Of a stretch of 64,000 bases of DNA, positions 62,601 through 64,000 are shown piece by piece; position 1 is the stretch's first letter; each line of letters opens with the position of its first letter. The stretch comes from Pocillopora damicornis. Its lineage: Eukaryota. The position numbers and the translations under genes were made by a program. The notes beneath the pieces were generated by a model that saw nothing but the letters and a program-made list of their open reading frames with translations, searched no databases and was not told the DNA's origin. The stretch is taken from assembly GCF_003704095.1 (NCBI RefSeq), contig NW_020846501.1:434001-498000 (forward strand). The letters are read 5' to 3'.

Positions 62601-64000
62601 ATTTGCTTTCCCTCAGGGCATAATCAAGATGAAGCGCCTTCATTCACAGCGCCGCTGACCGATCGCTCTATCGAAGATAGCAGTGCAGCTAGGTTTGATG
62701 TGCGTGTGCGCGGAAAACCTGCTCCAACAGTCTCTTGGTATAAAGACGGAAAAGAGATCAGTGATGAACAGTTTCCACACATCAAAGTTTTGCAGGAGGA
62801 AGACTTGTTCTCTATTCTGATAACAGAAGGCAAGTTTGAAGATGCTGGAACGTATAAAGTGGTCGCCAAAAACGTTCTGGGAGAAGTGTCTTCTACTGGA
62901 ATGTTATTTGTTGAAGGTGTGTAAGGTAGATTGTGTAGTAACTAGGATTGTTTAAGATATATGAGAAGTAGGAGTACCTCAGAATTAGGCTGCGAATAGT
63001 ATTTGGAACTTTTTATTTCCGAGGAAATCATCTTTGCACCGCACAAAAACATGCAATTTTTCTTTTAAAAATTACCCGTACTTTCCAGACCACAATTTTA
63101 CAGTCTTGAGGAAACAACTGATACTAAGATGTGCAGCGCCATATAAATTTCAGCCCATTTCAGCACCTAAATTTGTTGATTATCTGAAAATTCTTTCTTT
63201 GAAGGGAAACTCTGCTCACTTTTTTATTCATACCCTTTAAGATTAAAGAAAGAGCTAATTCGTTTCCTTCATTTTAGGAGCCGATCAGCTGCCACCCTTT
63301 GCTGGAGGAAAACCTCCGCGTAAGAACTCAGGCCTCTCAAGAGTTGAAGAGGTGAGAGTTTGATTAACCCTTTACACTCAACGTCAATATGCATATTGCA
63401 TATGTATACCAGTATATGTTTATCAGTATATGTCTACCAGTATATGTACAACGGTATATGTATATCCGTATTTGTATATCAGTATATGTTTATCAGTATA
63501 TGTACATTGGTATATGTATATCAGTATACATATTCACAATTCTGTTATTTTTACATTCCTTTTCTTGGCACTAGCAAGGAGAAGGTGTTTAACAGTTGAT
63601 GATCAGTTACTTTATTCTCATGACCTTAATGTTTGATTCAGGGCCGAGACTGTGTGGAGAAATTAGATGCTAGTCACCTTAAGGGGTTAAAGGGAAGAAG
63701 GAGTCGATATTCATAGATTAGGGAATTTTGAGAGAAGTTATATACACATACTAAATATTAGGTCAATCAGTGTTTGGTCCATAATTCATCTTGAGAGAAG
63801 ATTTCATCTTCCCTAAAAAAAAAAATTATTTTAAGTCACTGAAGAGTTATAGAAAACTTTAGTGCATAAATCTTTGTGAAGATAATACTTGGTTATATCA
63901 TAGTTTTATTCCCTCACTTGCTTCCCAGGTTCTGACGCTCAAGCTGTACACAGCCATTGAGGACTTCTATTCGGAAGAGACTGGAAACAAATTTCTTAAG
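1001..64000 (+). CDS. Giant spectrin-repeat / DH / SH3 / poly-Ig protein gene (titin/obscurin/UNC-89/Trio-like), partial at both ends, ~80 exons, ~10,200 aa in window
   Basis: Continuous chain of GT-AG exons with compatible phases and no in-frame stops. Recognisable spectrin, DH, SH3 and I-set Ig motifs (PxF...W.KD...D.G.Y.C.A.N..G). Confidence 0.9.
1444..1973. mobile_element. Interspersed repeat (non-autonomous DNA transposon-like) with an internal imperfect hairpin
   Basis: Imperfect IR at 1444-1524; CpG-containing island inside a CpG-poor intron; resembles coral repeats from recall only. Confidence 0.45.
1974..2425. mobile_element. MITE-like element with GGACAC/GTGTCC subterminal repeats
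   Basis: Starts CAGTC...GTGGACACCC; several inverted GTGTCC(G/A)/GTGTCTG motifs toward the 3' end. Confidence 0.45.
2475..2666 (+). CDS. Spectrin-repeat exon, module 1, 192 nt
   Basis: atag|GAAGTG...GAG|gtaaa; EVINHFAQV...FHKSAGE. Confidence 0.85.
2804..2933 (+). mobile_element. Degenerate truncated copy of the same Penelope-like repeat
   Basis: cgctc.aaa.gtcagct...gtggctaatttacgtt.tcaac.cagttg...aaattacc matches 41870-41945. Confidence 0.65.
3205..3316 (+). CDS. Spectrin-repeat exon
   Basis: ttcag|TGC...G|gtgagt; CSVNLDDLFELLCS; ends in phase 1. Confidence 0.8.
3424..3671 (+). CDS. Spectrin-repeat exon
   Basis: ctcag|CG...CAG|gtaaag; ...KLQQLLQLKQSERDAEQ. Confidence 0.85.
4131..4253 (+). 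CDS. Spectrin-repeat exon, module 2, 123 nt
   Basis: atcag|GCG...AAA|gtaag; ATVWISQL...QQEHEKLETTAK. Confidence 0.85.
4564..4755 (+). CDS. Spectrin-repeat exon, module 2, 192 nt
   Basis: tgcag|AGT...AAG|gtaaa; STYDYGRQFL...FHRSAEK. Confidence 0.85.
5059..5409 (+). CDS. Spectrin-repeat exon, 351 nt
   Basis: cgtag|CTT...GAG|gtgaa; ...WERVWLDRDERL...YEQQMRE. Confidence 0.85.
5650..5772 (+). CDS. Spectrin-repeat exon, module 3, 123 nt
   Basis: taaag|CTT...AAG|gtttg; LLHWVKD...IGENLTEAEAL. Confidence 0.8.
7300..7564 (+). promoter_or_regulatory. Candidate internal promoter / non-coding alternative first exon
   Basis: Orphan consensus donor GAG|GTAAGT at 7558/7559 inside a CpG-retaining zone, upstream of a CpG-depleted domain. 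Confidence 0.35.
9223..9420 (+). CDS. Spectrin-repeat exon, 198 nt
   Basis: ttcag|GAG...AAG|gtatg; ...LEEAWNDLNVQLEGRRILLDTSVAFHHSVEK. Confidence 0.85.
11992..12345 (+). CDS. Spectrin-repeat exon, 354 nt
   Basis: gacag|TTT...AAG|gtatc; ...LDEQWKERKKVLEQC. Confidence 0.85.
12650..12769 (+). CDS. Spectrin-repeat exon, module 4, 120 nt
   Basis: aacag|ATC...AAG|gtaca; ITKWLNEEGEDY...EHYKFEEVAK. Confidence 0.85.
13115..13306 (+). CDS. Spectrin-repeat exon, 192 nt
   Basis: gtcag|GAA...AGA|gtaaa; ...LEDRRKLLTDTLSFY. Confidence 0.85.
13432..13686 (+). CDS. Spectrin-like exon, shortened, 255 nt
   Basis: ttaag|GCA...GAT|gtaag; open frame AHDKLDEIR...KEFED. Confidence 0.75.
13995..14117 (+). CDS. 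Spectrin-repeat exon, module 5, 123 nt
   Basis: cttag|CTC...CAG|gtcag; LFGWIRNVGEDFL...MGDSV. Confidence 0.85.
14625..14795 (+). CDS. Spectrin-repeat exon, 171 nt
   Basis: tgcag|GTT...CTG|gttgg; ...LWMRFSARLEYRLKLG. Confidence 0.75.
14890..15063 (+). CDS. Spectrin-repeat exon
   Basis: gatag|CTG...AAA|gtaagt. Confidence 0.8.
15142..15321 (+). CDS. Spectrin-repeat exon
   Basis: tgtag|GAA...GAG|gtaag; ...LGQLWNLREEQL...FEKDTRE. Confidence 0.85.
15772..15894 (+). CDS. Spectrin-repeat exon, module 6, 123 nt
   Basis: tttag|GTC...AGG|gtaag; VILWIKEQ. Confidence 0.8.
16239..16430 (+). CDS. Spectrin-repeat exon, 192 nt
   Basis: ctcag|CGT...AAA|gtaagt; ...LLSMSATFYTSVEK. Confidence 0.85.
17271..17597 (+). 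CDS. Spectrin-repeat exon, 327 nt
   Basis: ttcag|CTT...GCG|gtatg; LPRDINNAQLLLQDH...LCEFEQ. Confidence 0.85.
17720..17888 (-). mobile_element. tRNA-derived SINE-like fragment with an inverted segment
   Basis: Minus-strand B-box-like GGTTCAATTCC at ~17812-17822; 17749-17777 is inverted at ~17859-17887. Confidence 0.5.
18202..18324 (+). CDS. Spectrin-repeat exon, module 7, 123 nt
   Basis: atcag|GTC...AAG|gtagc. Confidence 0.8.
18583..18774 (+). CDS. Spectrin-repeat exon, 192 nt
   Basis: tacag|CCA...CAG|gtttg; ...MEARWQRFLSRMEDHRAMLEASIEFH. Confidence 0.85.
18991..19314 (+). CDS. Last spectrin-like exon, 324 nt
   Basis: aatag|GCA...AAG|gtaca. Confidence 0.85.
19616..20448 (+). CDS. Long E/T/V/P/K-rich disordered linker exon
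   Basis: tccag|GCA...CC|gtaagt; lies within a 287-aa ORF; ends in phase 2. Confidence 0.8.
20558..20915 (+). CDS. Linker plus start of DH (RhoGEF) domain
   Basis: cacag|A...GAG|gtaac; RRMNAITDRLIESESNYVDDL resembles DH CR1. Confidence 0.85.
21023..21120 (+). CDS. DH domain exon
   Basis: ttcag|GAT...GT|gtatgt; KDTIFINSEDIFFFHK (compare IFGNIxxIYxFH). Confidence 0.85.
21351..21420 (+). CDS. DH domain exon
   Basis: gttag|G...AGG|gtaag; IFCDELAKC...VGKVF. Confidence 0.85.
21535..21624 (+). CDS. DH domain exon
   Basis: cccag|GAA...AAG|gtagc; YITFCDGK...FFK. Confidence 0.85.
21741..21881 (+). CDS. DH domain exon, CR3
   Basis: tacag|AAA...GAG|gtatg; LLDRPVERVLEYKAFLSDLL. Confidence 0.85.
22013..22065 (+). 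CDS. DH domain final helix
   Basis: ttcag|GCT...AA|gtaagt; AGKEVIDRLCAEIRQKT; ends in phase 2. Confidence 0.8.
22253..22503 (+). CDS. SH3 domain exon, atypical
   Basis: tctag|G...G|gtaatt; IALDDY...LRKGETVVVL...LVPATVL. Confidence 0.85.
22713..22762 (+). CDS. Linker micro-exon
   Basis: Strong pyrimidine tract, cacag|AA...GAG|gtagg; phase 1 to 0. Confidence 0.65.
23145..23214 (+). CDS. Linker micro-exon
   Basis: aaaag|GTT...G|gtctg; phase 0 to 1 restores the frame; VSEIFVPATEREVVEVALVEVAS. Confidence 0.55.
23626..23910 (+). CDS. First I-set Ig exon
   Basis: APVFTMPLEN...WLKND...DGGVYTCRAKNVAG; T|gtaag. Confidence 0.9.
24049..24204. repeat. Perfect 62-bp inverted repeat with a 32-nt loop (hairpin/MITE-like insertion)
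   Basis: 24049-24110 is the exact reverse complement of 24143-24204. Confidence 0.9.
24411..24471 (+). CDS. Acidic linker micro-exon
   Basis: tacag|CT...AT|gtaag; phase 1 to 2 is required by the next exon. Confidence 0.75.
25006..29399 (+). CDS. Giant 4394-nt exon encoding 14 I-set Ig domains
   Basis: 1467-aa ORF; tacag|A...G|gtaag; 14 PxF...W...DxGxYxC units. Confidence 0.95.
30383..32428 (+). CDS. Exon encoding 6 Ig domains (A,B,C,C,C,C types)
   Basis: 697-aa ORF; catag|CC...G|gtagc. Confidence 0.93.
33044..33922 (+). CDS. 3-Ig super-repeat exon
   Basis: cacag|GT...G|gtaat; phase 1-1. Confidence 0.9.
34322..35224 (+). CDS. 3-Ig super-repeat exon
   Basis: tgaag|GG...G|gttag; phase 1-1. 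Confidence 0.88.
35567..35866 (+). CDS. Single Ig exon
   Basis: aacag|CA...G|gtttg. Confidence 0.88.
36390..36589 (+). CDS. PEVK-like linker exon
   Basis: tgtag|GA...CAG|gtatc; rich in P/E/V/K/S; phase 1 to 0. Confidence 0.8.
36923..37304 (+). CDS. Linker plus Ig exon
   Basis: tgtag|CTT...G|gtaat. Confidence 0.88.
37329..37447. mobile_element. Short palindromic MITE remnant
   Basis: GGATAACGCTA...TAGCGTTATC inverted pair; internal TATCCgttGGATA palindrome; AACAACTGGG end. Confidence 0.4.
37731..38039 (+). CDS. Single Ig exon
   Basis: tacag|AA...G|gtttg. Confidence 0.88.
38297..38321 (+). CDS. 25-nt micro-exon
   Basis: ttcag|AA...AT|gtaagt; phase 1 to 2 is needed to join 38503. Confidence 0.75.
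38503..38786 (+). CDS. Single Ig exon
   Basis: atcag|A...G|gtact. Confidence 0.88.
38875..38916 (+). CDS. 42-nt symmetric micro-exon
   Basis: tgcag|AA...G|gtatg; phase 1-1. Confidence 0.6.
39341..39963 (+). CDS. Super-repeat Ig A+B exon
   Basis: ctcag|AA...GAG|gtagg. Confidence 0.88.
40346..40598 (+). CDS. Super-repeat Ig C exon
   Basis: gccag|GTG...G|gtaac. Confidence 0.88.
40947..41342 (+). CDS. Single B-type Ig exon
   Basis: ctcag|GA...G|gtaca. Confidence 0.88.
41593..41955. mobile_element. Penelope-like element terminal-repeat insertion, inverted arrangement
   Basis: 91-bp inverted repeat 41656-41746 / 41861-41951 with 2 mismatches; 22-bp IR 41595-41616 / 41831-41852; internal CGATCTAA(T/G) tandem array; flanking CTATGAAC direct repeat. 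Confidence 0.7.
41723..41756 (-). ncRNA. Minimal type I hammerhead ribozyme motif (Penelope/retrozyme-type)
   Basis: Minus strand reads GCU-CUGACGA-A-GGGC-UAAC-GCUC-GAAA-C-GUC-AGC. Core boxes intact; stem I GCU/AGC; stem II GGGC/GCUC; GUC cleavage triplet. Confidence 0.7.
42029..42910 (+). CDS. 3-Ig super-repeat exon, 882 nt
   Basis: catag|CT...G|gttcg. Confidence 0.9.
43318..44202 (+). CDS. 3-Ig super-repeat exon, 885 nt
   Basis: tttag|CC...G|gtaag. Confidence 0.9.
44707..45606 (+). CDS. 3-Ig super-repeat exon, 900 nt
   Basis: cgcag|AA...G|gtatt. Confidence 0.9.
46034..46915 (+). CDS. 3-Ig super-repeat exon, 882 nt
   Basis: aatag|CC...G|gtatg. Confidence 0.9.
46889..47213 (+). repeat. 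~161-bp tandem duplication spanning an exon/intron junction
   Basis: 46889-47049 is repeated, diverged, at 47050-47213, including GTACGAG|GTAT. Confidence 0.85.
47222..47260. repeat. (GTTAACATGC)x4 tandem repeat
   Basis: Directly visible. Confidence 0.85.
47362..48081 (+). CDS. Truncated super-repeat exon (Ig A+B; C lost)
   Basis: gacag|CC...G|gtagt; 720 nt; phase 1-1. Confidence 0.82.
48583..49134 (+). CDS. Super-repeat exon, 5' part
   Basis: tgtag|CT...G|gtaag; ends inside Ig B. Confidence 0.88.
49412..49741 (+). CDS. Super-repeat exon, 3' part
   Basis: cccag|GT...G|gtagg; 552+330 = 882 nt. Confidence 0.88.
50383..51267 (+). CDS. 3-Ig super-repeat exon, 885 nt
   Basis: ctcag|CT...G|gtaag. 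Confidence 0.9.
51405..51579. other. Assembly gap (175 N) preceded by poly-G
   Basis: N run in the sequence. Confidence 0.99.
51580..52443 (+). CDS. 3-Ig super-repeat exon; 5' end lies in the assembly gap
   Basis: Open frame PQVTQPLK...FNITVE G|gttag. Confidence 0.88.
52670..53554 (+). CDS. 3-Ig super-repeat exon, 885 nt
   Basis: actag|CC...G|gtaagt. Confidence 0.9.
53754..54629 (+). CDS. 3-Ig super-repeat exon, 876 nt, basic variant
   Basis: tacag|GC...G|gtagg. Confidence 0.9.
54937..55062 (+). CDS. Ig exon, N-terminal half
   Basis: cacag|CT...G|gtaag. Confidence 0.85.
55333..55533 (+). CDS. Ig exon, C-terminal half
   Basis: ttcag|GG...A|gtaagt. Confidence 0.85.
55694..55745 (+). CDS. 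Linker micro-exon (…ERRLSR)
   Basis: cacag|GC...CG|gtgag; phase 1 to 2. Confidence 0.75.
55955..56310 (+). CDS. Acidic linker plus Ig exon
   Basis: gtcag|A...C|gtgagt. Confidence 0.87.
56501..56806 (+). CDS. Single Ig exon
   Basis: ttcag|CT...C|gtaag. Confidence 0.88.
56970..57024 (+). CDS. Acidic micro-exon
   Basis: cacag|AA...AA|gtatgt; TDDEESESAGEQELEEE. Confidence 0.75.
57191..57621 (+). CDS. PEVK-like linker plus Ig exon
   Basis: tgtag|A...G|gttgg. Confidence 0.87.
57834..58145 (+). CDS. Single Ig exon
   Basis: tttag|CA...G|gtgtg. Confidence 0.87.
58456..58492 (+). CDS. Linker micro-exon
   Basis: tacag|CT...CT|gtaagt; phase 1 to 2. Confidence 0.75.
58596..58969 (+). CDS. Linker plus Ig exon
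   Basis: ttcag|T...G|gttag. Confidence 0.87.
59252..59330 (+). CDS. Glu-rich micro-exon
   Basis: cacag|GC...AA|gtaag; LEESTGDESEETSEDELQSKEELPI. Confidence 0.75.
59596..59669 (+). CDS. Pro/Lys-rich (PPAK-like) micro-exon
   Basis: tctag|G...G|gtcag; EAPKPTDKKVAPPPAPKPKPAVKS. Confidence 0.75.
59786..60067 (+). CDS. Single Ig exon
   Basis: cctag|TT...G|gtatc. Confidence 0.87.
60285..60321 (+). CDS. Linker micro-exon
   Basis: tacag|AG...GG|gtgagt; phase 1 to 2. Confidence 0.75.
60717..61009 (+). CDS. Single Ig exon
   Basis: ctcag|T...G|gttgg. Confidence 0.87.
61217..61368 (+). CDS. Linker plus Ig N-terminal half
   Basis: tatag|AA...GAG|gtata. Confidence 0.82.
61519..61729 (+). CDS. Ig C-terminal half
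   Basis: tttag|GTG...G|gtgaa. Confidence 0.85.
61908..62282 (+). CDS. Linker plus Ig exon
   Basis: attag|AA...G|gtaaa. Confidence 0.87.
62617..62916 (+). CDS. Single Ig exon (about the 75th Ig)
   Basis: ctcag|GG...G|gtgtg. Confidence 0.87.
63278..63351 (+). CDS. Linker micro-exon
   Basis: tttag|GA...GAG|gtgag; phase 1 to 0. Confidence 0.75.
63400..63525. repeat. 14-bp minisatellite (ATATGTATATCAGT) x9
   Basis: Directly visible degenerate tandem units. Confidence 0.85.
63929..64000 (+). CDS. Start of a probable second SH3 domain exon; runs off the window
   Basis: cccag|GTT; only phase 0 is open: VLTLKLYTAIEDFYSEETGNKFLK (compare SH3 Y.AL.DY). Confidence 0.7.

Noticed and set aside
25387-62869. 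Many minus-strand ORFs of 60-238 aa (e.g. 47318-48034)
   Set aside because: They are antisense shadows of the Ig-coding exons, Ser/Leu/Phe-rich, with no independent domain signal or splice structure.
63642-63685. Possible extra micro-exon GRDCVEKLDASHLK
   Set aside because: The donor is weak and phase 2 would not join the phase-0 SH3 exon, whereas 63351 joins 63929 directly.

Overview
Eukaryotic genomic DNA, most likely from a stony coral or another anthozoan. This is inferred from interspersed-repeat motifs I recall from coral genomes and is not proven. The whole 64 kb is the middle of one + strand multi-exon gene that is open at both ends. I traced about 80 GT-AG exons with consistent phases by hand, giving about 30.8 kb of CDS or about 10,200 aa in this window alone. 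Domain order: at least 14 spectrin-like repeats built from 7 copies of a 123/192/~350-nt exon module; a disordered linker; a degenerate DH (RhoGEF) domain with no PH domain; an atypical SH3; about 75 I-set Ig domains, about half of them in ~885-nt phase-1 cassette exons that each carry an A-B-C three-Ig super-repeat; acidic and PEVK-like micro-exon linkers; and the start of a second SH3 at the right edge. The product is a >1 MDa titin/obscurin(UNC-89)/Trio/Zormin-like cytoskeletal protein. The introns hold a Penelope-type repeat with a minimal hammerhead ribozyme, a perfect 62-bp hairpin insertion, SINE/MITE fragments, a duplicated splice donor, a minisatellite and a 175-N assembly gap. A sharp CpG-rich to CpG-depleted boundary next to an orphan splice donor suggests an internal promoter.
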